Source: Rhizophagus irregularis
Taxonomy: Eukaryota
Reading direction: 5' to 3'
Assembly (NCBI RefSeq): GCF_026210795.1
Contig: NC_089435.1
Span: forward strand, 744,001-808,000
DNA: 64,000 nt
Below the pieces are notes generated by a model. The model worked only from the letters and a program-made list of their open reading frames with translations, did no database searches and was not told the origin of the DNA. This document shows positions 1 to 12,539 of the stretch, in pieces; within the stretch, counting starts at the first letter, position 1, and each line of letters starts with the position of its first letter. Both the position numbers and the translations under genes were made by a program.

Positions 1-230
1 AAACCATTAAAGGATTATAACAATAAATTGAATGTGATGAATTATTTTAATATCTAATAATTTTTTCTGAGATTAGTTATTCTATAACTTATTCAAAGCT
101 TAATTTGATTGAGTACAGTATATGAACTCAATTATTTTCATAATATCAAATTGAAAAACAATCTTGTTTTAATGAACAAAAAATGGTAATGGAAGATGAA
201 ACAATTATCTATAAATTTAACTTTTTATTT

Positions 231-1693
231 TCATTTTTTAATTACTTGAAATACTTCATAATCTTCTACTTCAAAATTTGCTGGAATTCCTATTTTAGGA
301 TAACGTTCTCTATTATTATCATAAAACCAATTGTTATTACAACAGTATAAATCACCCATAGTTGGTCCATAACTATTGGCACAATAAACAGCATAATTCT
401 GATTATTAACATAACTCATTTTTGCAGTAGAAACATTTTTTCCATTTGTAAAATTAAATAAAAAACTATCTGCTGTAGTTTTCCAAGACTGACTTTGATC
501 CCAATTAAGCGGGTTATGCCCACCAATTAATTGTGTAGAATTTTTAATTTTTGCAATCCAAATAGTAGCTCCTTTATTGTCACAATTTCTATGAAAAGAA
601 TTAGTATCATTTCCATCTTGACTTGAACGATATAATAATTTAAGATCATAAGGAATATTTTTTCTATTATAATGTGAAGAATCTTTTTTATCAATCCATG
701 AAGCAAAAATGGGAACATGGTTTGATTCAATCAAGGTTGATTTAATGCCAGGTTTTCTTGAAGGTGTCAAATTATTTTTAGGTTTCATATTAGGAACTAT
801 ATAAAATTCTAAAAGTTTATGAATTAAATCTTGTGGTAAGATATCTTTATAACAATAAACTTTATAAAAGAAGTCTGTAGGTTCAATATCATAAAATCGA
901 ATTAAAGGAATAAATCTGTACAATGCCCTTTCAATCTTTGTGATATCTTCTTTATTCCATTTTGATGGTTCATTCTTCACATTTTGTTTAGAAAAACACC
1001 ATTTTAACAAATTTTCCCAAATTTCAATTTCATCCATATTTAAATCATCTTTTTTTAATAATAATTCTAATAAAGGAGCTTTTAAATCAATAAATTTATC
1101 AGAATCAAATAAAACTTTAGGTTCTTCACAAATTTTTTCAAGACAAAAATTCCATAAATCTGTAAATGTTTCATGTTGATAAACAGTTTCAAGAATTCCA
1201 GTTGGATTTTGGTATAAAAATTCAGTTTGATGTTCAATCAAAAATTCTTGAATATGAGAAATCAAAGGATGAATATTAAGCTCATCAACTGCAATTAACA
1301 ATTTCAATACATCAGGACCTTGTAAATTCTTTAATTCAATATTTCCACAATAAATAAACCTAATATACAATGATATAATATTAATTAGTCTTTTCTTTTA
1401 TTACACAATGTTAAAATTTATTATATATATCATAAATACCTAAGAATGATATTAAATAATTGTGGAGAAATGTTAGGTTTTTTGAAAATAAATTTTCCAT
1501 CTTTTTTCTCAGCCCATTCATTAGAAAATGCGGAGCGAAAGTATTGAGACCTAATAGATAAAATATTTGAATGAGCATGAATTTCCTTAACATATTGCTC
1601 TTCGCCAGCGTAAATAATAACGTCATATCCAATTTCTGTCTCAAAAAGTTTTTCATAATCGTTAGATAATTCTGCCAAGAATTTTGAAGACAT
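231..1693 (-). CDS. BTB/POZ-BACK-TLDc domain protein (2 exons: 1693-1440, 1359-231)
   Basis: Exon 1 reads MSSKFLAELSNDYEKLFETEIGYDVIIYAGEE...HAHSNILSIRSQYF (BTB). GT-AG intron 1439-1360 joins ILR/FIYCG in frame. BACK-like middle (LNMDEIEIWENLLKW). C-terminal TLDc (LLYRSSQDG..FHRNCDNKGAT..IGGHNP..DYEVFQV). Confidence 0.9.
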
Positions 1694-3354
1694 TGCTTTT
1701 AATTTATAAATGTAATTAATAAGAATAAGCAAGAAATGCAGGAAATTCAGTAAAAATTTAAGTTTGAGGTACGAACTCTTTTATATTATTCTATGATGAT
1801 CAATTTCTATAACCGGAAACATTACAATTCCGAAATAGGTCTGGTACTACTTAACAGCAGTGCCGATTTCGGAATTTTTCGGATGTTACTTTGTATTACT
1901 AGTGACATTAACTACTGCGGATTTGTGTTTATTTAATAATTTATATTTTGAGTTACGAAAATAGATTGGTTTATTTATGGTTTGTTGGTTGATTTTGCAG
2001 AAATAAATCTATTATCATATACTGCACATCATAATTTCTCAATTATTGTAAGAAGTGGCCATTATTTTTATGGTAGACAATTTTTAACTACAAAATAGGT
2101 TTGTTCAATTCATTTAAGTTAAAAAAGCTTATAAAAAATTAATCTAAATAAAAAATATTTACATTATTTATTATGTGTTGTTGCATATTATTATTATATT
2201 TAAATTTGAACATTTGTATATTTTATACAAAATTATTTTGGAATTTGCAACAATAAATAGAACATTTTCGTCCTTTTTAAAAAATTAATTTTTTATTTGT
2301 TATTTTTATGATTAAAATACTTTGAAAAGATAATACTTACTTTACCATTTCAAACATCATTATCTAAATGATCTCATCATTTCTTCAATTGAAGGTTAAT
2401 ACTTAATACTCATGAAAAATAGGTATACGAAACACTCAATATTGTTCATATTCGATCGTTTCAATTATACATCTAAATTTTCTACAAAACTTCGAATAAT
2501 AAAGAATTCCAAAATCGAACAATATGATAGGATGTGAATTTTGCGCCAACCGTAACTTTGGATCTTTTATCGGTAACATAAATAAACTTCAAGGAATATT
2601 CTAATAATTTTTTTATTAATATCAATAGGTTAAAAAAATTTGCATATATTACTTACTTGACCAATTATTGTAAATGTGTACGCAATTAGTCATTTCCATA
2701 ATTATGGTATAGTTTAAGAAAATAGGAATAGAAGATAACTGGGAGAAAACTTGATAATTACAGACTAATACCAGAGCATTGACAAAGTCATCAATATTCA
2801 ATATTAAATCACAGGATTAATAGGAAAAATGGTGATAAGTGGATATTTCTATATGCTATTATTGCTATAAAAAAAATTACCAATAAATTTCTATTTACAT
2901 CATAATAAAGAATAAAAGCGTTTTTTGATTCCTTGTATTCAGGATCAAAACTCATGAATTTCAAGATAACAGGTTCACCAAAGCACTAAGACATAATGGA
3001 GAATATCTTTAGTACTACATTGCAACCTAATAAAAACAATCACTAAGAACTTTCGATGTACTTTATTTTTACTGAATGTCACTGCTGAAAAATCAATAGT
3101 CTTTGATCAACAATCTTTGAATGGTTTAGAGTTTAAAATTTAATATCAATTTCTCTTCAATACTATATTATAATCAGTTCTTTTAACATCTTTTTCCTCT
3201 TTTAACAAACATTAGGAGTATACGGATTTTAATAGCATAACCGATAATCATCATTAAGCAAATCTTTTTTTTTTTGATTTCTTAGATCGTTAATTCCGGT
3301 TTGTAAAATAATCCTTTACTTAAAATATATAAGAACGACATGTGAACATGTGGT

Positions 3355-3598
3355 TAAGGTTGCTTGCCGAAACCTAGGGGTTTAGGCAAGATGGCATTTC
3401 GCCGAAAAGCGAAATTCTGCCGAAACTATATTAAAGTTATATTAAAAAACTGGCGAAACTTTGGAGAATGGTGAAACTGCTGAAACTTATTATAAATGCC
3501 GAAACTGCCTAAACTCTGCCGAAACTATAATAAATCTATAGTAAAATTTTGACGAAACTAATCGTAGGATTTTGAAGAGGTTTAGACAAGCAACCTTA
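3355..3598. mobile_element. hAT-type MITE, 244 bp
   Basis: 21-bp TIR TAAGGTTGCTTGCCGAAACCT with 2 mismatches between ends. 8-bp TSD CATGTGGT at 3347-3354 and 3599-3606. Internal GCCGAAAC repeats. Empty paralogous site at about 32233. Confidence 0.88.
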
Positions 3599-3705
3599 CA
3601 TGTGGTAATATAAAAATGTTGTACAACTTTGGTATAACTTTATTTATTTAATGAGCTGAACGAACTATGAATTTTTTTTCTCCTTTTAAAAAAAATAGAA
3701 ATTTA

Positions 3706-4025
3706 ATGTCAAATAATATTATGGATATTAAGAATTTTTTTAGAAGATTTTATAAAAAAAAAATTATTGAAACAAATGATTTTAGTATAAATTATGAATA
3801 TTTTTTAGATAAGTGAATAAAACTTAACCTTAAGAATAATAAAAACAAAGATCCTGAAAAAATTCTTAAAATGATGGAAAATCATAATGAAAGTAATTTC
3901 TGGTTTATAAGTTTATTAGGTTTTTTTTTTATCAACTTGGTATTGATTGTATATTAATAGAGAAAAAGCGTTGGATTTTTTATTTGGTCACCATCGATAA
4001 TAAAATCGAAAATGATCCTTTAAAT
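3706..4025 (+). pseudogene. Frameshifted 5' fragment of a Sel1-repeat gene paralogous to 32369..34432
   Basis: Aligns by eye to 32369-32720 (attattgaaacaaatgattttagt; atcctgaaa..attcttaaaatgatggaaaatcat; agagaaaaagcgtt) with frameshifts and stops. Upstream 3120-3700 also matches 32018-32360. Confidence 0.85.
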
Positions 4026-4820
4026 AGAAATTATAATCCTGATGTCATATACAAGAGTATTATCCTTAGAAATAACTTTGAAAATAAGAAAACTTCTGGA
4101 TGAAAAAAGGTACTTTACTTAATCTAGCTAAAAATCACACAAGCCATATTTGTTTCAAATAAAAAATAAATTATATTGCCGATCCAGAAAGAATTACAAA
4201 ATTTTGATTATCAGGATTGTCGGGTACTCGGGAACTCGGCTAAGTCGAGTTATTAGAAAAGATATGTAACATGTGACATATATATATATGATGGCGTAGT
4301 ATAAAGTATAATAAAGTATAAGTGTATATACTATATAACAAGAGGTTATTTTCATGGGGAAGCTTGGCATTAGTGTTTGGATCCGTAACTGGATTCAACC
4401 GGATATATCCGGATAATTTTTTTTTTCGGATATCCGGATAATTGTGGTTTTTACCCGGATAAGAAACTGGTTAAAAATTATCCGGGTTGACCCGGAATCC
4501 GGATAAAAAAAATTTTTTTTTTGATTTTAATTTTATCCTTTTAATTTTCATTTCATTTGTAAAATATTCTATTTGTATCATTGATTTATTAATAAAAAAA
4601 GATTTATTTGTCTAATAAAATTATTTTATCATGATTTAGAATTTATTTTATATAATACAATAAATCTTATACTGTTAGAATAGAATTATTCAATAAAAGA
4701 GTAAAAAAATATAACTTACTAAAAGATTTATCATTTTATTTAATAAAAGTAAAATTCACTTTATTTAAAAACATTTACATAATAAAAATAAGACACTAAC
4801 AAAAATAAATTTAATATCAA

Positions 4821-7182
4821 TTATTCTAATACATCCTCATCCTCCACAAAATCATTATTTTCCACTTCTAAATCTGGTGGAAATACATTAATATGATCCA
4901 TAGTTTGCATGTTGCGTTTTAAAAATACCATTTTTCCTACTAAACCAGGATCCAATAAACTTCTTTTTGCCGTAATGTGATTCCCTGCATCAGAAAAAAG
5001 TCGCTCAGAAGCTACAGAAGTAGCAGGAATTCCTAAGTATTTTTGTGCAATAATAGAAAGAATTGGAAAAATTTCTTTTTTAGTCTTCCACCAATTTAAT
5101 GGATTTTTATTTTCTCTAGCAACTGGCAAGAGAAAATAAGTAGTAATTTCATCAGCTATTGTTGATGATGCAGTAGATTTTTCTGTTGTTTGAAATACTT
5201 TTCTTATTGATTTTTCACGCATCTCTCTATACTCATGTAAAGATCTTGTACTGGGAGTTGAACTTCTACTAGTATCAGCTGAAATTGTTGAAATTGGTGT
5301 AATTGTGGGTGATGGTGGAGTACTAATTTGTTGTTGCATTTCTCTTTTCAACTGATCATATTGTATCTGTAAACTTGAATGAATTTTTACTTTTATATTT
5401 TCATCAGATATAAAATTAAGATCTTTATATCATGGGTCTAAAAGTGCTGCCATAATGCCAAACTCATCTGGCATTGACCAGTAGTGTTTTAAGCCTATAT
5501 ATATATTTTTTTTTACATTTTTTAAAACTTCTGAAATATTATTATAATCTATTCCAGTTGACTGGTTAGTTAAATTCTCTTCTGTATCAGATATAATGGT
5601 ATTATCATCAGGTTCTTCATATTCCTCATGTAAATTATCAACTGGTTTTAAGGAATTTGTAAGATTTGTAATGATGGGGAACATTTGACTTAATGTTATA
5701 TAGGTACTTCCAGAAAAATCTCGTGTAGCTTTTTCAAATGGTGCTAATATATTACATAATTCATCCAATAATTCCCATTCATTATCCTTTAACACAAGTT
5801 TTTTTAATCTATTACCATCAGCTTTTTCTTCAGGTTTGAGAGAACATGACAAATTTATATTTAGTTGAAGTACTGCATATTGAAGAAAAATAAGCCTATC
5901 CCATGCTAAATAAGAAAAGTTCCACCTTAAATAATCAAATAAAATTACATCAAATTTTAATTAAAATTATAATAATAAAATATTAAAATTTAATTGAATA
6001 GTAATTAATTAAATGTAAAAAATTTACCTAGTAGATATATCTTGTATTAAATGGTATGTTTCTTCATAACCAATGTCTTTTTGAACGTTAATCAGTCTTT
6101 CAATTTGTTTTTGAGTGGAAAAAAAATTGATTAATTGTTTTACACGTGATACCAAATCTTCTACAACCTTTAAACCTTTATTAATTGCCAATTGTAAGGT
6201 ATGGGCAGCACAGGAGAGTCTTTTAATTGGTTCTAAATCTCGAATGGCAGCTACTATATTAGCTCCATTATCTGCTGTTATTGATATAACCTGGCTTTCA
6301 ATTTCCCATTTTTGAATAGCTTTTTTGATTACTTCAGTAATTGCTTGTGCAGTATGTGGGGTTGGAAAATAAGAAATTTCAAGCAAAACATCCATTATTT
6401 CAAAATCTTTATTGATCCAAGTTGCTGTTAAACCCAAATATCCATGTTTTGAACGAGAAGACCATAAATCAGTAGTTAAAGATATTGATTGAGCAGTTTT
6501 TAAAAGTAGCTTTAATTTATCTCTATTATACCCATAACTACGAGCAATCATCATTCTTATTTTTTTTGCTCCAGGAACTGTGAATATTGGATCAATAATA
6601 TGCATATGCTCAATATAGGCCTTATTAGTTACAGTAGAAAGTGGTTTGGTTGTTAAAAGAATCCATCGTAATGTAGATAATTCTTTTTCTTTTTGTCCAT
6701 TAATTGGACATAGTAGATTGAGTTGGCATTGATTTATTTTCAGATGTAATACTTTCTGTAGGTGGTGTAATTCCGTGTTTAATAGCATGGTAACTAAGAT
6801 TTCCTGTAGATCCATCATATTTATAGTGTTTTGAACATTTTTCCCCATTTTCTAATATAAACTGACAATATGCACGTACCTCTCCACTTTCATTTTGCTT
6901 TTTAACAAAATAATCCCATACCCAACTTACTTTTGTTTGTGGCTTGATTTTTGAAGTAGTTTGCTTAAAGGGATTTGAATCATTTGATATTTGACTTGTT
7001 GATTCAAATGCAGTTAATGATTCTTGATCTGATTTTTCACTAGTACTTGCCATTTTTTGTTTTCCAAATGTTTTAGATGATTTTGCAGGGCGTCCTCTTC
7101 TTGATGGTATTGGAGTAATTTCTGCAATTTCATCACTAGAACCTTCATTTTCACTTAAGACAATATAATTTTGATTTTCCAT
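4821..7182 (-). pseudogene. BED zinc-finger hAT transposase, disrupted
   Basis: BED finger (VWDYF..YCQF..CSK..GSTGNLSYHAIKH). Catalytic motifs SLTTDLWS, ITADNGAN, CAAHTLQL, TRWN across intron 6027-5926, and ATSVASERLFS in the hATC region. In-frame TGA at 5430-5432 falls in LDP*YK. Frame break or cryptic intron near 6700. Confidence 0.92.
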
Positions 7183-7379
7183 AATTTTATGAATTATTTT
7201 ATTTATTCAATAAATGAAATTATAAAAAAAAATCCAGAAAGATGGAAAATAAATGCACTATTTATTTATTTCAATTAAGGCTTAGAGCTAGATTAATTTT
7301 GATAAAAAATAAATAATTCATAAATCAAAATTTAATTAATAAAATTTTGCAAATTTTAATTGGCACAAATGTGCATAAA

Positions 7380-7790
7380 TTTCAATCAAATAAATGCCAC
7401 AAATTTAATCATATAAATGCCACGAATTTAATCATATAAATGCCACGAATTTAATCATATAAATGCCATGAATTTAATCATATAAATGCCACGAATTTAA
7501 TCACATAAATGCTATGAATTTAATTTAAATAAAGCCTTGCACAAATTTAAAGCCATCAATTAATCAAATAAATGCCACGAATTTAAACAAATAAATGCTA
7601 TGAACTTAATCATATAAATGCCACGAATTTAATTTAAATAAAGCCACAAATTAAAGCCATCAATTTAATCAAATAATGCCATGATTTTAATTAAATAAAT
7701 GCCACAATTTTAACTAATAAATGCTATTGTTTTTATGATTAATTAAATAATTGCCACGAATTTAATTAAAAGCCACAAATAAGTACCACA
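7380..7790. repeat. Degenerate tandem array of about 23-bp units (AATTTAATCATATAAATGCCACG) in the hAT 5' subterminal region
   Basis: Directly visible near-perfect copies at 7403-7520, decaying copies to about 7790. Confidence 0.85.
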
Positions 7791-8231
7791 AAATTTATTT
7801 ATTAGGTTCCACAAAATTATCTGTTAAAACCGATCTACAAAAAAAATTTTTATATAAATTTATCCGGATTTCAGTTTTTATCCGGATATATCCGGATTTT
7901 TATCCGAAACGGATAACCCGGATAAAAACCGGATAATTTTTTTATTTTATCCAGATGACGGTTTCTATCCGGATCCAAACACTACTTGGCATGCTTTTAA
8001 AAGATCTTTTAAGTGAAAATTATTGTAAAAAAACTTCAATTTATGAATATGCAAATTGTTGATCTTTCTTTTATGAATAAGCTTCGTTAAAATAAATAAA
8101 TTAATAAAATGAATAAACAAATGATGTTTTCGATTTATAATGAGTAAATTAAATATAGAGAAATGGCATATTCGGTTTGTTATAAGCTAAAATAGTAAAA
8201 TAGTAAAAATTTAAGAATGTTGCCTGGGTGT

Positions 8232-11200
8232 GATTATATAGAAAAGATGTTATGTATAGAGACCTATGTAAGTAGTGTATAGTGATGTGCACTATACATT
8301 GATTTTGTGATTGTACGACATGACAAACATACTTTTTGTACGTACGTATACTAACCATATGTATTTGTATTACAATACAATACAATTACAACACGGTTAA
8401 AAGAATTTCCACTTGACATCATGACATGATTAATAGATTAGATATTTAATAATATTCTTCGCTCTAAACCTTCACAGTAATTTCATAAATTTGACACGTC
8501 ATGTAATTAAATTTTTTTAATTAATAATTTTATTTTTTTGTTATTTTAAAATTATTTTCTATCTTTTATAATTAATAATGTCTTCTATCGACAATTTTTC
8601 AGATATAGAAGAATTTTCTGCAGAAGATTTTGATCAAGATAAGGTAAATTAGTTGTAATTTAATTTTCTTAACTGACGTCTAACAAATAGTATTTAAATA
8701 GAGCAAAGTTAATAATAATGAAAGTGAAAGCGAGGAAAATGAAGAAGTATTTGCTTTCTTCACTCAGAAATTACAAGTTCGAAAGGTAATACACACAACT
8801 ACTCCTGTAGAATATCCGGAAACTTCTCCAAATGGAGTGGCAACAATATATAATATAACTGGTTGGAAGAATCATATGGATGCATTTTCAGATGTTAGTA
8901 AATATGGTTTATGTTAAATTTGATTTGATAATAGTAGTAAATATTTTTTAATTATAATTTTATCCTTTTTATTATAATAAAGATCCAATATTCAACCAAT
9001 GGTGCTGGTGGCTCTGCAAATATTAAGGAAGGTCCATTTTTTGGAGGAATTTCTGTTAAAAAAGATACAAGAAAATGTCAAGGAATTAAATATTGCCAGT
9101 TTTCTAATCCTGAAATTATTAATCAAGAGCATTGTAGTGTGGATTTTGACTCTGAAACATTTCAAAATTACACTAAACAACAAAATAATAATTCTAAGGA
9201 AGCAAAAACATATTCGTAAGTTATATTTTTAATTTTTAATTATGCTACTTTAGAATTAGATCATCTGCTGAATATTTAAAATTATAATTAGATTATTTTT
9301 AGCTGCAAAAGAATCTTCTTGTCCTTTTAAGAAAGATAATAATGTATCTTGTGATGGAAAAGCTCGTCTTGGAAAAATTGCCAATTATCAGCAGACTGAA
9401 ACAACAAAGTATTTCATTGGATGTGACAAATATAAACAAAATGAAAAATGGCATCGATTTATTAATATTAAGCCAGAAGAAACCAACATTTCATTACTTC
9501 AACAATTATTTTCTGGTACTGCATCTGTAAGTATTTCTTGATTTCTTACATTTTTTTTATTTTTAAATTTTTATTTTTAAGCTAAAAAACATCAAATTAT
9601 TTCAGATACAAGAATTATCACAATGCAGTATGATAATTCCAAGGAGTTGTAAGCGTAAAAAATGTGGTAATGTATTAAAAAATTCTTAATTAATATTTGA
9701 TTAATGGTGTTTATTTAGTTTAAAAACATTAATTTTTAATTTTATCAAAATTAAGATATGCCACATACAGATAATGGAGCTGTTGTTCGTGGTGAAATAA
9801 TTGAAAGGTCATGCTCTGTGCAGTTTATTAAAATTATCCCCCATGACATTACTAAATGTCCTTTTGTTGCACTTATTTGTATTGGAGTCCATAATCACCC
9901 CCCTCCTCCACCAGAACGAACACCTTCTGGAATTAAAAATAATTTGCAAATCTTAATTGAGCAAGCTATTAATCAAGATGATACTACAACTTCAAGATCT
10001 ATATTATCAGGTAAATAAATATATATTAAATATTAATGAACAATTAATAATAGTAAAATATTAACTAAATTTAATTAAGTTAATAGGAAATTTGATCAAA
10101 GCATATTTTAATAAAAAAATTTTAGCAGAAATACATGTTTCCTTAAATAATATTGACAAGTTGCGTTACTTAGTAGGGAAGGCATACAAAATCTTACATC
10201 CATTTGGACAGGGAGTGATGGGTGTCTATCATTATGTGTCAAATAAAGATTCTGACTTGATTGATTATGTTCACAAAATTGGTAAGTTTTTTAAATTTTA
10301 TTGATCTATATATAAGTAGTATATTAATATTAATAATTTAATCTATTTTATTTTAGATCTTTTCACAAATAATGGACAAGTAATCATTATATGTATGCTT
10401 CCTGAACAAGCAAAAAAGTTGATTACACTTGAATGGTTCCAAATAGATGTTAGCTTTAAACGGGTAAAAGGGGAAATAAATGAGTTCGAAATTAACACAT
10501 ATGATTCTAATTATCATTTGAGTAAGTTTTTTTAATTTTATTTTTTTTTAAAAATATTAGAAAATATATATTAATTTTATTTTTAAAGTATTGTCATTTT
10601 GTAGAGTATTTACAAATGTCTTTACAGCTGAGGGTTACCATAGATTATTTTCATCCCTATTTCAAACAATTTGTGAAATAAGTGGACAATGTATTAAATT
10701 TAAGCATATTCATAAAGAAGGTGTTGGGTGCATTTTAGCAGATTTAGACGCAGCGCAAGCTAAGGGGTTGGGTTTAGCCTTATATGATTTGGATTGTAAA
10801 AGAAACTGGGAAACTCATTTAACCTTTATTTTCAAATCATGTATTATACACTTTCAACGGTATTTATATAATTTCATTTATTTATTTCTTTTTAAATATT
10901 TAATTTTAATTTTTTATTTTAATTTTTTAGAAATTTGCATAATAAAGCATTTAATGTAAATACCAAGAATTTAATAAAGCAAATTCCTAGTGCACCTAGT
11001 AAAGAAGCCGTTTATGATCTTTTACAACAAATTAGGGATACAAATGATAATGGAATAAAAGGTAAAATATATTTATATTTATCTGATGTTAATTATATGT
11101 TTAAAATTTTTCTAATAAAAAATTATTTTTATAGAATGGGTAGATTATTATCAACAGTCATATGTATTAGCATCATTAAATCAATTTATTTCAAATATTG

Positions 11201-12356
11201 ATCCTGAAATTTGGCTTAAAAGCGGATCAAATACAAATTATGCTGAAGCAGCTCACTCTATGGTAAATAGAGAAGGAAAACAATTGTCATTATTATCAGC
11301 CATATTAAGGTATACTATTTTATTAGTAATTTAGCATTGTTATATAAAATTATTAAACTGATATAAAATTTTATTCTATATATAAAGAGGAAAACGATTT
11401 GATGAATGATGCTACAAAACAATAGACATCTGTAATAAATCAGGAGTTCCTTACACTCATCGGGACAGAAGTGAAATTAAAAGAACACAAGAGTCAATAA
11501 CACGTAAAGGTAAACATATTATATAAAAATTATTTTTAATTATTAAATTTTATTTGTGTAAAATTCTAATTTTTTATTATATTATACATAGCATCTCATA
11601 ATCAAAAAAGTAAAGAATCTGTTATTGATTTAACAAATGATGAGTTGCCTACAAAATCATCATTAAAAAGATCTTCTGTTAATAGAAACAAATCATTGAA
11701 GAAAAGTAAACAAGAAAAAAGTGAAGAAATATCAACTATGAATGAAATATCTCAATTAGAAATTGAAGAAAGAAAAATGGCATTAAGGGAGCGTGCAGCT
11801 GAGGTTAGGAAAAAAGAGGCTGAAGCTGAAGCATTAGAAATAGCAAATTCTCAAAGAAAGAAAGAAAATGAATCGTTTATTTAGGTCAATCTTAAATATT
11901 TTTTAATAAAAATATGTTAGCTTAACTATAATAATAATATCTGCAACTGAAGTTAGAAGTATACAAATAAATGCATTACTTTTATTTTAAATAAAGTTTA
12001 TATTTTGCAAGTACTTTTTACAATAAATCAAACAATTTTGTTAGTCTATAAAAGATAAATATAAATATAACGTAAGATGAATAAAGTAAATATGAAATAT
12101 AGATGCAGTGGCGCAGCATATGGTTACGTGACACGTGTAGAATAGTTACTGCGGCTGCGCCTTATTATTTGTATTTACGTGCGTTTGGTCTCTTATTTCA
12201 TTCATACGTACGTACGTTTTGATTTAATTAATATTATTATTATTTATTTGCCATGTATGTATGTGCAGTACACTCAGTGCAACCATACGTACATAGCAAA
12301 AGATCGCCATACGCTACACACAAGGGTCTCTATACGCTACATGTTTCCTAATTGCC
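8232..12356 (+). mobile_element. Mutator-like (MULE) transposon with degenerate TIRs
   Basis: 9-bp direct repeat CCTGGGTGT at 8223-8231 and 12357-12365. Ends are imperfect inverted repeats sharing the core GTATAGAGACC at near-equal offsets. Encloses a spliced DDE transposase gene. Confidence 0.82.
8578..11884 (+). CDS. 13-exon Mutator-like DDE transposase (797 aa if read through; premature TGA at 11407-11409)
   Basis: Exons 8578-8643, 8702-8893, 8983-9215, 9292-9526, 9606-9666, 9756-10010, 10087-10281, 10357-10521, 10589-10859, 10931-11061, 11135-11309, 11388-11509, 11592-11884. All introns are GT-AG; total 2394 nt in frame. Motifs: C..GVHNHPPP, FQIDVSFKRV (D), ILADLDAAQA (D), SCIIHFQRN (CxxH), TNYAEAAHS (E). 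Confidence 0.8.
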
Positions 12357-12539
12357 CCTGGGTGTAACTTAGCTAATTTTTGATCGGCTAAACTTAAAAT
12401 TTTATCGCAAAAGATATTTTAAAAAAAAAATTTTTTGCAAACATAATTATTCAAAATAATCTTATCTAATGAAATTTTATTTGCAAACATTAAAATTTCA
12501 CACATTTACGATTTTAAAGAAAAAAATACTGTATTTTTA

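Larger units (their letters stand above)
4371..7984 (-). mobile_element. Full-length hAT DNA transposon (3614 bp)
   Basis: Perfect 15-bp TIR TAGTGTTTGGATCCG. 8-bp TSD CTTGGCAT at 4363-4370 and 7985-7992. Clustered CCGGAT subterminal motifs at both ends. Encodes a hAT transposase. Confidence 0.95.

Noticed and set aside
2690..3060. Possible decayed membrane-protein gene on the minus strand
   Set aside because: Multiple stops and no recognisable family motif.
7380..7790. Regular short repeats resembling a CRISPR array
   Set aside because: Head-to-tail units without unique spacers, inside a eukaryotic hAT element, and no cas genes.
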